Both the position numbers and the translations under genes were made by a program. The notes under the pieces are model-generated. The model searched no databases. It was not told where the DNA came from and worked only from the letters and a program-made list of their open reading frames with translations. A stretch of 64,000 nt of DNA from a virus. Its lineage: Duplodnaviria > Caudoviricetes. The number at the start of each line of letters is the position of its first letter. Position 1 is the first letter of the stretch. The stretch covers positions 566-64,565 of IMG/VR virus record IMGVR_UViG_3300017917_004426. One strand, written 5' to 3'. Positions 46,407 to 56,565 of this stretch are shown here, piece after piece.

Positions 46407-47554
46407 AACAAATCACTAAAAGTCCTACATTTTGTCCAGCACCATGGACCAGTCTCAACATTGACCAGGCAGGCGAAACCAGTCCATGTTTTCACTGTGT
46501 GGACATGATTGGCAACAACAAACAAAACACCATACAAGAAATTATAACAGGTTCCAAAGTGACCAGCATGCGAGAGGCCATGGCCCGTGGTGAATGGCAC
46601 CCAGGTTGTAGTTGGTGTAAACGACTGGAAGAAACCACAGGCACCAGCGGAAGAACAGTGAGGTCTGCCAGCCCGGAAACATTGGCAGCAATTGACAACG
46701 ACATCAATTTCTTTAAACTAGAACATCTGGTAGTTAATTGGAGCAATCTCTGCAATTTGACTTGTGTGTATTGTAATGATCATACATCAACTGCCTGGCA
46801 AAGCGTTAAAAAAATTCCTATCAATCATGTAAAAAATGAACATGCAGATCTAATTGAACTGGCTAGAACCCAAGGACATAATATACAAGGACTGAGTTTG
46901 GGTGGCGGCGAACCGCTGTTGCAAAAAGGTCTTGATACATTTTTAAATTATATTGATTCTTCGCAAGTACGAGTGATGGTCACAACCAATCTCAGCATGG
47001 AAATAACTACCAATCCTATCTATCAAATTCTGAAAACTTGGCCCAAGGTAGAATGGATGGTGAGTTTTGACAATGCCAACAAAGAAAAATTTGAGTATGT
47101 GCGAGACCGGGCCAATTGGGAACAGTTTGTAAAAAATTTAAGACAGATGAAGCAAGACGGCCAACATGTGCTGGCACATCCAGCATACTCAATTTATTGT
47201 GCGCTAGACATCATGGAGTACTATGATTTCTGTGCGGAAGAAAATTTAGGCATCTACTGGTGCGAATTAAACAATCCTGGGGAATTGGATATACGAAGAC
47301 ATTCCTCACACTTGCGACAACTTGCCATTGAAGAAATTGACCGTGTGGTAGACAAGTACGGTAATTGTGTGAGCATGGCTATTGACACTTTAAAAAGTTA
47401 TCGCGCCACTCTTGAAGATAACAGTTATCTATCACAAAAAAACAACCTACAACCTATTGATACGATATATTGGCATGAGAATACAGAAACTGTTCTAAAC
47501 AAAACAACCAAATTTGTTGATTTGTGGCCGGAACTAGCAAAGGCAATGCAATGA
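46397..47554 (+). CDS. Twitch-domain radical SAM protein
   Basis: FCPAPW...PC..C...CSWC; CNLTCVYC; GGGEP. Confidence 0.88.
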   Translation: MQIKQITKSPTFCPAPWTSLNIDQAGETSPCFHCVDMIGNNKQNTIQEIITGSKVTSMREAMARGEWHPGCSWCKRLEETTGTSGRTVRSASPETLAAIDNDINFFKLEHLVVNWSNLCNLTCVYCNDHTSTAWQSVKKIPINHVKNEHADLIELARTQGHNIQGLSLGGGEPLLQKGLDTFLNYIDSSQVRVMVTTNLSMEITTNPIYQILKTWPKVEWMVSFDNANKEKFEYVRDRANWEQFVKNLRQMKQDGQHVLAHPAYSIYCALDIMEYYDFCAEENLGIYWCELNNPGELDIRRHSSHLRQLAIEEIDRVVDKYGNCVSMAIDTLKSYRATLEDNSYLSQKNNLQPIDTIYWHENTETVLNKTTKFVDLWPELAKAMQ

Positions 47555-48300
47555 CACACGATGTTAAAATGCCTTGGCATCCAGGGAAAAAGTCTGTGTC
47601 GTTTCAATGGTGGCCAACTGACACAGAAGCCAGATTCAATGAAATGATGCAAGACCCTGTGCATCGTGCTTATTTCCAAGAAAAAGGATGGGACAAACCC
47701 GATGGCATCAGTTACCATTTTAACAACCAGGGATTTAGGGCACAATCAATCGATGATAATTTTGATCCTGAAAATAATAACTTAGTAGCACTAGGATGCA
47801 GTTATACTATGGGTATTGGGCTGCCATACAAGGATGTTTGGCCAACTGTGCTGGCAACAGCATTGAATTTACGAGCATGCAATTTTGGATGGGGTGGCGG
47901 CAGTTCAGACAGATGTTTTAGACTGGCTGAATATTGGGTACCGCATTTAAAACCAAAACTTGTAGTGTTATTAAACCCACCTCGTGGTCGTATGGAAGTT
48001 ATCATAAATCAAGATACTAGAGAACCCGAAGGCATTATGCCAATGGACATTCATTCGGATGTATTTGTTAAAAAGTGGATGAGTGTAGATGAAAATCAAC
48101 GGTTAAATAATCTAAAGAACAGATTAGCCATTGAAGCCTTATGTAATAGGCTTGGTATACCATTTTTACCTTACGAAGCAGATACATGGATGAGTCGCAG
48201 TAGAGAAGAAGCAGGCTACGCTAGAGATTATTTCCATGCCGGCATCAAAGGCCACAAATCTTTTGTAGAAAGAATATTAGATGATTGGTCTAAAAAGTAA
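47551..48300 (+). CDS. SGNH/GDSL-like hydrolase or acyltransferase
   Basis: LGCSYTMGIG block I, NFG.GG.S block II, D..H near the C-terminus. Confidence 0.65.
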   Translation: MTHDVKMPWHPGKKSVSFQWWPTDTEARFNEMMQDPVHRAYFQEKGWDKPDGISYHFNNQGFRAQSIDDNFDPENNNLVALGCSYTMGIGLPYKDVWPTVLATALNLRACNFGWGGGSSDRCFRLAEYWVPHLKPKLVVLLNPPRGRMEVIINQDTREPEGIMPMDIHSDVFVKKWMSVDENQRLNNLKNRLAIEALCNRLGIPFLPYEADTWMSRSREEAGYARDYFHAGIKGHKSFVERILDDWSKK

Positions 48301-49864
48301 TTTAGAAACAGTGCTGGTCAAAGCACCACACAGGGTCGAAACATACACTGAACAAGAACTCACGGAGTTTGCGCTGTGTGCTGATCCTGTAAATGGCCCG
48401 CTGTATTTCATGGATAACTTTTTCTTTATCCAGCATCCCACACGCGGCAAAATGCTGTATCATCCTTTTGACTATCAAAAGCGACTGATCCACACCTATC
48501 ACAACTATCGTTATTCAATATCGCTAATGCCTCGACAAACAGGCAAGTCAACATCGGCTGCTGGATACCTGTTGTGGTATGCTATGTTTGTACCGGATTC
48601 TACAATCCTTATTGCCGCACACAAATACACCGGCGCACAAGAGATCATGCAGCGTATTAGATATGCTTATGAACTGTGTCCCAACCACATCCGAGCGGGT
48701 GCTACCAGTTACAACAAAGGCTCCATAGAGTTTGAAAATGGCAGCCGCATCGTCAGTCAGACCACAACAGAAACAACAGGCCGGGGTATGTCAATCTCCT
48801 TGCTGTATGCTGACGAATTTGCATTCGTTCGTCCAACTATTGCCAAAGAGTTTTGGACTTCCATTAGCCCTACCTTGGCAACTGGCGGTAAAGCAATTAT
48901 CACAAGCACTCCCAACTCAGACGAAGATCAGTTTGCGTTTTTGTGGAAGGGTGCCAACAAGTGCGAAGATGAACATGGCAATACAACAGAACTGGGCATC
49001 AATGGATTTCGTGCATTCAGATCATATTGGCGCGAACATCCTGATCGTGGCGATAAGTGGGGCGCCGAACAACTGGCGCAGTTGGGTGAAGAACGTTTTC
49101 GGCGAGAAATGGATTGTGAATTTGTTATCAATGACGAAACACTGATTAATCCTATCAAACTGATGGATTTAGAAGGCATAGAACCCATACGCAGAACAGG
49201 GCAAGTGCGTTGGTATAAAAATCCTACCAAAGATGGTATGTATGTGGTTGCACTAGATCCCAGTTTAGGCACAGGCGGCGATCCTGCTGCCATACAAGTA
49301 TTTGATGCTCGTACCACAGAACAGATTGCAGAATGGCGGCACAACAAAACTGATGTGCCCACACAAGTTAGGATACTTGCGGACATTGTGAAAGAACTAC
49401 ATTCAGTGGTTCAAGATGAAAAAAACATCTATTACTCTGTTGAAAACAACACTCTCGGCGAAGCGGCCTTGATCAGCATAGCAGAATACGGCGAGCAGAA
49501 CATTCCTGGATATTTCTTGAGCGACAACTCAGTGACGGGCAGTTCAGGACGCAGATTCCGCAAAGGATTCAACACCACAAACAAAAGCAAAATCACAGCC
49601 TGCAACAAGTTCAAAATCCTGGTAGAATCTGGGCGTATGATCATCAATTCAAGACCCTTGGTCTCAGAACTCAAAACATTTGTGGCCCTGGGCACTAGTT
49701 ATGCTGCCAAACCAGGCGAAACTGATGATCTAGTAATGGCCAGTTTGCTGGCTGTGCGCATGCTTTTATTGCTACAAACATACCATGCGGACTTGGACAC
49801 ACACCTAAAAGACCATGGAGACATGATAATCGAGCCCATGCCGTTCATATCAATGATGCGCTAA
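48281..49864 (+). CDS. gp17: Terminase large subunit
   Basis: PRQTGKST Walker A, LYADEFAF Walker B, ITSTPN, ALDPSLG and TDDLVMA nuclease motifs; no intein seen. Confidence 0.95.
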   Translation: MIGLKSNLETVLVKAPHRVETYTEQELTEFALCADPVNGPLYFMDNFFFIQHPTRGKMLYHPFDYQKRLIHTYHNYRYSISLMPRQTGKSTSAAGYLLWYAMFVPDSTILIAAHKYTGAQEIMQRIRYAYELCPNHIRAGATSYNKGSIEFENGSRIVSQTTTETTGRGMSISLLYADEFAFVRPTIAKEFWTSISPTLATGGKAIITSTPNSDEDQFAFLWKGANKCEDEHGNTTELGINGFRAFRSYWREHPDRGDKWGAEQLAQLGEERFRREMDCEFVINDETLINPIKLMDLEGIEPIRRTGQVRWYKNPTKDGMYVVALDPSLGTGGDPAAIQVFDARTTEQIAEWRHNKTDVPTQVRILADIVKELHSVVQDEKNIYYSVENNTLGEAALISIAEYGEQNIPGYFLSDNSVTGSSGRRFRKGFNTTNKSKITACNKFKILVESGRMIINSRPLVSELKTFVALGTSYAAKPGETDDLVMASLLAVRMLLLLQTYHADLDTHLKDHGDMIIEPMPFISMMR

Positions 49865-49874
49865 ATAACAAACT

Positions 49875-52142
49875 ATGGCTATAGAAAACATTTCCCAAGA
49901 TTTGTCAGATTTGCTGGCTACCAAAGACTATGACGTCAAATACACTGATGGGCAAGGCAAAGACTCATCACCAGAAGAAGCCAAAACATTTGCGTTTGAC
50001 TGGGTGGCTGGTTCGGGCAAAAACTACGGCACAGTGGTAATTGTGCTGGGAGATGACAACGACTTGCAATTGTTCTTTGGAGACAACTTGGGGCGGACCA
50101 TGGAAAATCCTCAGGACAAATTGGACTGGTTTGGATCAGAGCGCGAAACAGGTTTTTTGCCCGAACTAAAGAACTTTGCCACACAGCACAGATACACATT
50201 CAGTCCCAAGGATATTGGCCAACTCAAGCACACCATGCAAGGCATGGCAGCAATCAAAGAAGGGTTGTTTGAAGGCTACTATGGCACACGCAGAGTAAGT
50301 TACATGGGCGAGCAGACTGATGCTCGACTGGTAATCAAACACAACCGAATGATTGGCGAAGATGACAAACGCTATCGTTACGTGGAAAGTTTGTTTATTG
50401 AAACTGCTGACGGCGAGCGATTCAAACTCCCGTTTGTGAAACTGTCAGGTGGCAGAGCCATGTTGGAACATGTCCGCCAAGGTGGCAGACCCTATGACAT
50501 TCGTGGACAGCACATTGCAGAGATTGTGAGTGAAATGGCTGTGCTCAGCAGATTCAATAGAGCCAGTCAACAGCGAGTGTTTGAAGGTGTCACACAAGAA
50601 CTGGTAGAAACAGCACAGCACTACTACTCAGAACTGCGAGAAAACCTACAGCACATGGCCACAGGTCGTGGCTACCAACAATATTTTGAATCATGGACAC
50701 CAGCAGACATTGGAGATGAAACTGCCTTGGTGGAAGATCTCAAGACCATGTTTATTGAACAAACATTGGATGCCAGAATTGAGGCTGCACTGCCCACATT
50801 GGCCAAAATACAACAACGAGGAAACGCTATGAAAGAAGCACAAATTTTTGAAAACTGGGCGAACAGCATCATGGAAGGCACATGGGCCTTGCCAGACACC
50901 CCAGAAGCACAGGCCAAATTGAATGAACTAATGAGCCGAGAACTCATTGTTGGTCCTGATGCAACCAATGCCAAAGAACAACTGTATGATGTTGTGGGCG
51001 ATGATCAGTTGTTTGACATCCTCAATGACTTGGCTGAACAAGATCCTCGTGCTAACTGTTGGGATGACACAGATGTGCAGGCCCGATTGCAAGAACTTGG
51101 TATTCAACTGAACACCACACCTGCTGCTGACCAACAACAGCCAGTGGCACCTGCTGCCGGACAGCAAGCACCAGGCACTGCTCCTGAACAGGCTGTGGCG
51201 GAGGGCGTTATAGATTGGGCTAAAGAAAAATATCATGACTATCAAACTGGTAGACAATGGAACAAGTTTGGTAAAGCACAGCGTAAAGGTGATGCTGCCG
51301 GGATGCAAGCCGCACAAGATGCCGCAAATTTACACAAAGACAAATTACAAGTAGCACGTTTGAACAGAACAGGCAGCACATTGTCTAAAAATTCTAATTT
51401 TGGACAAGATCAAGATAGAGCAAATATTGCCTCCCTACAGAAAAGGGGATTGGTTCCTCAGAATTATGGTAGAGTAGAAGAAGAATCTAAAATGGCAGAA
51501 AACACAGAACTCAACACCATGCTGAAACATGCTGGCGTGCCAGTTCAGGAAAGTCGTATCCATGAAAATTCTGAATACACTTATGAAAAAGTTGCCAAAA
51601 TTTTAGCACGTGAACAACCAGGAATGGAAACCAACAGAGACAGCAATGATTTTTATGCTGCGGTATATCACGAATTGATCGCTATCGGTATGACACCAAA
51701 AGCCGCTCGCAATTTAATCTCCTATGACGAGGACTTTATGGGCGATGTAGCAACTGCTTACAGACACTATCAGGAAAATCCTGGATTGGATGAAAGCAAC
51801 TCTGGAATGATCATGCCCGAAGGCGCAGCCGTAGATGCATACATGGCAGGTAAGAGTCCAGCAATTGCTCACTTTGCTGATCAATTGGACAAGAACACAG
51901 AAATAAAAGAAGGTTCATGCAACATGACCGCAGAAGGCGAATACTGTCCAGAACACGGCTTGGCCGAATGTGGCTACATGGAAAGCATGGGCGGTACAGT
52001 GGCAGGCTCAGTTGCGCCAGTAATTGGCGAAGCACCCAATGATCCAATCAACTACAATGCGGCCATTACCGGCTCTTACTATGAGTCAAAAGATGGTGAC
52101 GCACTATTGGCAAGAATAAAATCACTGGCTTTGCTCAAATGA
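49875..52142 (+). CDS. Hypothetical late protein, probably head-associated
   Basis: 755 aa, late promoter, acidic low-complexity C-terminal half with a small C..C..H..C motif. Confidence 0.6.
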   Translation: MAIENISQDLSDLLATKDYDVKYTDGQGKDSSPEEAKTFAFDWVAGSGKNYGTVVIVLGDDNDLQLFFGDNLGRTMENPQDKLDWFGSERETGFLPELKNFATQHRYTFSPKDIGQLKHTMQGMAAIKEGLFEGYYGTRRVSYMGEQTDARLVIKHNRMIGEDDKRYRYVESLFIETADGERFKLPFVKLSGGRAMLEHVRQGGRPYDIRGQHIAEIVSEMAVLSRFNRASQQRVFEGVTQELVETAQHYYSELRENLQHMATGRGYQQYFESWTPADIGDETALVEDLKTMFIEQTLDARIEAALPTLAKIQQRGNAMKEAQIFENWANSIMEGTWALPDTPEAQAKLNELMSRELIVGPDATNAKEQLYDVVGDDQLFDILNDLAEQDPRANCWDDTDVQARLQELGIQLNTTPAADQQQPVAPAAGQQAPGTAPEQAVAEGVIDWAKEKYHDYQTGRQWNKFGKAQRKGDAAGMQAAQDAANLHKDKLQVARLNRTGSTLSKNSNFGQDQDRANIASLQKRGLVPQNYGRVEEESKMAENTELNTMLKHAGVPVQESRIHENSEYTYEKVAKILAREQPGMETNRDSNDFYAAVYHELIAIGMTPKAARNLISYDEDFMGDVATAYRHYQENPGLDESNSGMIMPEGAAVDAYMAGKSPAIAHFADQLDKNTEIKEGSCNMTAEGEYCPEHGLAECGYMESMGGTVAGSVAPVIGEAPNDPINYNAAITGSYYESKDGDALLARIKSLALLK

Positions 52143-52203
52143 TATAAATACTCTTGACACCAAGGCAAATAGCGCATATACTACATGGTGTATGCGCTTT
52201 TTT
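52143..52203 (+). promoter_or_regulatory. Late promoter, sigma70 promoter and terminator-like hairpin, all overlapping
   Basis: TATAAATA 52143-52150; TTGACA-17-TATACT 52154-52182; stem AGCGCATATAC/GTGTATGCGCT followed by a T-run. Confidence 0.7.
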
Positions 52204-52279
52204 GTTTGTGCGTCACAGGCAACAAAGATCTAATTTTAGATAGGCAACACATAGGCAACTTTTTAAGGAGAAATATACT

Positions 52280-53275
52280 ATGGCTAGTTTACAAGAAATC
52301 CGAGCAAGACTACAGGCAGCTGAAAACAAAGGCAACTCAAACCAAGGTGGAGGCGATCGAGCAATTTATCCACACTGGAACATGGAAGAAGGTCAATCGG
52401 CCACACTACGCTTCCTACCTGACGGTAACACAAAAAACACATTTTTCTGGGTTGAACGTGCAATGATCCGACTGCCATTCAACGGCGTCAAAGGAGAAAT
52501 GGAATCCAAACAAGTATTCGTACAAGTGCCCTGCGTAGAAATGTGGGGAGACGCCTGCCCAGTGCTGGCGGAAGTTCGTACTTGGTTCAAGGACAAGAGC
52601 CTTGAAGAAATGGGTCGCAAATACTGGAAGAAGCGTTCATACTTGTTCCAAGGCTTTGTGCGTGAGAATCCCATTGCCGAAGACAAGACACCGGACAATC
52701 CCATCCGCAAGTTCATCATTGGACCTCAACTGTTTACCTTGATCAAAGGTGCGTTGATGGATCCTGAGTTGGAAGAATTGCCAACTGACTTGATGCGTGG
52801 TTTGGACTTCCGTATCACCAAGACATCCAAAGGTGGCTTTGCTGACTACAACAGTTCTAAGTGGGCTCGCAAAGAGTCAGCACTCACGGAAGCCGAACAG
52901 GCTGCAATTGAAACTCACGGCTTGTATGACTTGAGCACGTTCCTGCCCAAGCGTCCCGGCGACGTTGAACTGAAGGTGATCAAAGAGATGTTCGAAGCAT
53001 CAGTAGACGGACAACCTTACGATACCGAGCGTTGGGGCCAATACTTCCGTCCTGCTGGCGTAGCCGCACCTGGTGCCGCAGCCGGCGATGCTGATGAAAC
53101 ACCAGCACCTGCTGCCAAGCCAGCACTAAAAGTGGCTGCCGCAACCGCACCAGTGGCCGAAGATTCTTTTGACGACGAACCAGCACCAGCAGCCGCACCT
53201 GTGGCCAAAGCCATACCAAGTGGTAATGCCCAAGACATCTTGGCTATGATCAGGGCTCGTCAAAACAAGCAGTAA
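52280..53275 (+). CDS. gp32: Single-stranded DNA-binding protein
   Basis: TLRFLPD, C...CPV, YWKKRSY and GFADYNSSKW motifs; Ala/acidic tail; SD TAAGGAG. Confidence 0.88.
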   Translation: MASLQEIRARLQAAENKGNSNQGGGDRAIYPHWNMEEGQSATLRFLPDGNTKNTFFWVERAMIRLPFNGVKGEMESKQVFVQVPCVEMWGDACPVLAEVRTWFKDKSLEEMGRKYWKKRSYLFQGFVRENPIAEDKTPDNPIRKFIIGPQLFTLIKGALMDPELEELPTDLMRGLDFRITKTSKGGFADYNSSKWARKESALTEAEQAAIETHGLYDLSTFLPKRPGDVELKVIKEMFEASVDGQPYDTERWGQYFRPAGVAAPGAAAGDADETPAPAAKPALKVAAATAPVAEDSFDDEPAPAAAPVAKAIPSGNAQDILAMIRARQNKQ

Positions 53276-53901
53276 TGCTAACAGCTCTTGATCATGAGCT
53301 GTTTCCTAAAAATTGTGAAGTGGTTCATTTACCACTTCACAATCAATGGATTTATTTGATTCAACGCAACGGAAGCAGCAGTTTACGACTACAACAACAG
53401 CAGGACAATCTGGCTGTGTTTGTCAATGAACAAATTCAAACTCTTGATTATGTAGATGTTTACATACGCAAGCCAAAAATTCGCTATGTTGGCGGAGTAA
53501 ATACCTATTTACAACATCTCAAAAGAGATCATCCTGAACTTGATTCAGACACTGCATTCTGGTTTGCCAAACGATATAAATTTCTAAATTCACACTATCT
53601 TCCGCAGTTTCATTGGATAGCAAATCTCAGTCAGTATCTAAGGCCAAATGCCAAGATAAGATTTAGAAATTTTCAAGATTTTAGCAGTGTAACTGATTTT
53701 CATGATTTAACACAAATAGTTCGTTACAATCAGGATTTTGTAAAAAAATTACTAGCAGATGATCCTGATTTAGAATTTTGGTTATACTTAGACCAAATTT
53801 TGCTAGATTTAGCAGGACAAAGTCTAACCTGGCAAGAATTATTAAATTACTATCAAACCAATTATCAGAACGTAATAAAATATGTATTGCCCGAGACTTG
53901 A
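53275..53901 (+). CDS. Sulfotransferase-like protein
   Basis: IQRNGSSSL resembles a 5'-PSB loop; IRKP..R..G and HYLPQ motifs. Confidence 0.45.
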   Translation: MLTALDHELFPKNCEVVHLPLHNQWIYLIQRNGSSSLRLQQQQDNLAVFVNEQIQTLDYVDVYIRKPKIRYVGGVNTYLQHLKRDHPELDSDTAFWFAKRYKFLNSHYLPQFHWIANLSQYLRPNAKIRFRNFQDFSSVTDFHDLTQIVRYNQDFVKKLLADDPDLEFWLYLDQILLDLAGQSLTWQELLNYYQTNYQNVIKYVLPET

Positions 53902-54871
53902 CCATTTTGTAAGATTCAACCCCAATGGAACTGTGAGTCGATGTGGTCACATGGTCAATTTCCCACAGTTCAACACATTAGACGAAATGAATTCAAGCCT
54001 GTGGCTAGATACAATTCAAACTACAATGGCACAAGGTCAATGGCCAAACGAATGTGTAAGATGCCAGGACTCTGAACTTAACGGCAACAAAAGTGTCCGT
54101 CAGTATTTTCTAGATGAACACGATCATAATGTCAGTATCATGTGCGATTATCTGGTATTGGGCGGAGTACTAGACAATATTTGCAATAGTGCATGCCAAA
54201 CTTGTAACGAAAATTTGTCTACCAAAATAGGTAGCCTGACAACCAGAGATTACATAAAAATTGATAACAGCAACAAACTCGATCTACTGCCACTAGATCG
54301 CATTATCAAAATAGACATTAATGGTGGCGAACCCAGTGCCAGTCTAAACTATGTTAAGTTGCTGGAAAATTTGCCACCAAATGTAAAAAACTTGCGATTG
54401 AACACCAATGGCAGTCGAGTATTAACATCGCTGACCAAGTTGATCGATCGTGGAGTCAAAGTAACTGTGACAGTGAGTTTGGATGGCATTGGATCTGTGC
54501 ATGACTATGTGCGTTGGCCTATCAAGTGGTCTGCTGTTGAACGCAATCTTTTGGCGTACAAAGGTATGAACTTGCATGAATTAAATACCTGGACCACAGT
54601 GTCTGCTCTCAACATAGGCAACCTCAAGCAAATTCAATCCTATGTCAAACAACACGATATCGATCACAGTTATGCACTGTTAGAACAGCCCAGTGTGTTG
54701 AGTGTGAAATACAGCAATCATTTTACAAGAACTGCTGATGTTCCAGATGAACTAAAAACCATTGTGGCACAAGATGAAGATAACACAGTTGAACTACAGT
54801 TGTTTACTTACAAGCAAGATAAGTTGCGAGATATCAAACTGTGGGATTACTACAAGGACACATGGAAATGA
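53882..54871 (+). CDS. Twitch-domain radical SAM protein
   Basis: YCPR...SRC...CVRC; CNSACQTC; NGGEP. Confidence 0.85.
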   Translation: MYCPRLDHFVRFNPNGTVSRCGHMVNFPQFNTLDEMNSSLWLDTIQTTMAQGQWPNECVRCQDSELNGNKSVRQYFLDEHDHNVSIMCDYLVLGGVLDNICNSACQTCNENLSTKIGSLTTRDYIKIDNSNKLDLLPLDRIIKIDINGGEPSASLNYVKLLENLPPNVKNLRLNTNGSRVLTSLTKLIDRGVKVTVTVSLDGIGSVHDYVRWPIKWSAVERNLLAYKGMNLHELNTWTTVSALNIGNLKQIQSYVKQHDIDHSYALLEQPSVLSVKYSNHFTRTADVPDELKTIVAQDEDNTVELQLFTYKQDKLRDIKLWDYYKDTWK

Positions 54872-55413
54872 AAATAGCAATCACGGGACACACAGCAGGT
54901 ATTGGGCAAGCACTGGCCAGTCAATACAGTAGTCATGGTCATGAGATTGTGGGGATCAGTCGTCGAGACGGCTATAATATCCGAAATATTTTAAAAATTT
55001 GTGATCTTATCGAACCGTGCGACATTTTTGTGAACAATGCTCAAGCTGGTTTTGCTCAAACAGAGTTACTGTTTGAAATGAGCAAAAGATGGACTCGATC
55101 TCAAAAACACATCATAGTTATCAGTACCATGATGACACAAGATCCAGTCAGTGTTTTACCGGGCATTGGCATGACTGAATATCGAGTGCAAAAAGTTACT
55201 TTAGAACATGCTGTGCAACAATTGAGGCATACCAGACCAGGCATAAGATTCACAATTGTACGCCCAGGCAACATTGCTACCAGTGAAGATAAAACTGTAC
55301 CACCAGCGGCCGATGTAAACAATTGGGCTGCTGTGCTGATACAAACGTTGAATATGGCACAATCTAACAATTTGGTCATTCCTGATATTTCTTTAGGTCC
55401 AGCGTATACATGA
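54868..55413 (+). CDS. Short-chain dehydrogenase/reductase
   Basis: ITGHTAGIG, FVNNA, YRVQK (YxxxK) and RPG motifs. Confidence 0.8.
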   Translation: MKIAITGHTAGIGQALASQYSSHGHEIVGISRRDGYNIRNILKICDLIEPCDIFVNNAQAGFAQTELLFEMSKRWTRSQKHIIVISTMMTQDPVSVLPGIGMTEYRVQKVTLEHAVQQLRHTRPGIRFTIVRPGNIATSEDKTVPPAADVNNWAAVLIQTLNMAQSNNLVIPDISLGPAYT

Positions 55414-56552
55414 CTCCAAAAGACATCCTAACCAATCCATACTTTTGTCCTATGCCTTGGTCAGGCATGATGTATAACTTTGATGGCGAGGTAAAAAACT
55501 GTATCAGAAGTGCCGATACACTTGGAAATATTAAACAACAACCAATACAGGAAATTTTACTTGATAACAATCAACTGAGACAAAGTCAAATTCTGAATCA
55601 AACTCCTGTGCCAACTTGTCATACTTGTTATGACCTAGAGCAAGGTAATAAAGGATTTGGTATAATTAGCGATAGAGTATTTTACATTAGAGAATTAAAA
55701 GATACTGTTGTTGATACATGCACTCAAGGTAATTTTAATTTACAAGCTATAGATGTGAGATGGACCAATCTGTGTAATTTTGCTTGTGTGTATTGCAGTC
55801 CTCAATTCAGCAGCAAATGGGCAAACGAATTGAAAGTTGTTGAACATGGTCCAACACAACAACAGGTTGACCAGTTCAAACAATATGTGTTTGACAAAGC
55901 CGCACAACTCAAACATGTATATCTAGCAGGTGGCGAACCACTGCTTATGAAAGAAAATTTAGAACTATTATTGCTGTTGCAAAAAGTTAACCCCAAAGTG
56001 AATCTGCGTATCAATACTAATCTAAGCAAAGTTAATACACAAGTATTTGATTTGGTATGTGGATTTGAAAATGTTCACTGGACAGTAAGCATCGAAACTA
56101 TAGAACAAGAATTTGAATATATTAGATATGGTAGTATGTGGACAGATTTTCAAGACAATCTTAAAGTAATTAAAAACTTAAATCATAAGATATCTTTTAA
56201 CATGTTACATTTCTTGCTAAATTATCAAAGTATTTTTGATTGTGTAAAATATCTAAAATCATTGGGATTTCACAATAACAGTTTTATAATTGGTGCCTTA
56301 CTTGATCCACTGTACCTAAATATTAGACATTTGCCTGATCATGTGTTAAACTCAGTCAAACATATACTTGAAGAAAAAATAAATCAACAACCAAAGTATC
56401 TCTTAGAGCAAAGCTACAAAAATTTGTTAAACTATTTGAATCAACCTTTTGAAAAAAACCTAGTAGGTGCAATAGAAAATTTGCAGATGCTGGATAAAAG
56501 AAGAGGGTTAGATAGTAAAGCAATTTTTCAACATTTATACAACTTAATTTAA
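55410..56552 (+). CDS. Twitch-domain radical SAM protein
   Basis: FCPMPW...NC...CHTC; CNFACVYC; AGGEP. Confidence 0.88.
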   Translation: MTPKDILTNPYFCPMPWSGMMYNFDGEVKNCIRSADTLGNIKQQPIQEILLDNNQLRQSQILNQTPVPTCHTCYDLEQGNKGFGIISDRVFYIRELKDTVVDTCTQGNFNLQAIDVRWTNLCNFACVYCSPQFSSKWANELKVVEHGPTQQQVDQFKQYVFDKAAQLKHVYLAGGEPLLMKENLELLLLLQKVNPKVNLRINTNLSKVNTQVFDLVCGFENVHWTVSIETIEQEFEYIRYGSMWTDFQDNLKVIKNLNHKISFNMLHFLLNYQSIFDCVKYLKSLGFHNNSFIIGALLDPLYLNIRHLPDHVLNSVKHILEEKINQQPKYLLEQSYKNLLNYLNQPFEKNLVGAIENLQMLDKRRGLDSKAIFQHLYNLI

Positions 56553-56565
56553 AAAAGGAAAAATC

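Noticed and set aside
48281-49864. Intein or intron in the terminase (uvsX also checked)
   Set aside because: Both ORFs are of normal length with contiguous motifs and no splicing signatures.
52185-52466. 93-aa ORF overlapping the gp32 start
   Set aside because: It begins inside the terminator-like hairpin and overlaps gp32 out of frame; the region is better explained as a regulatory leader.
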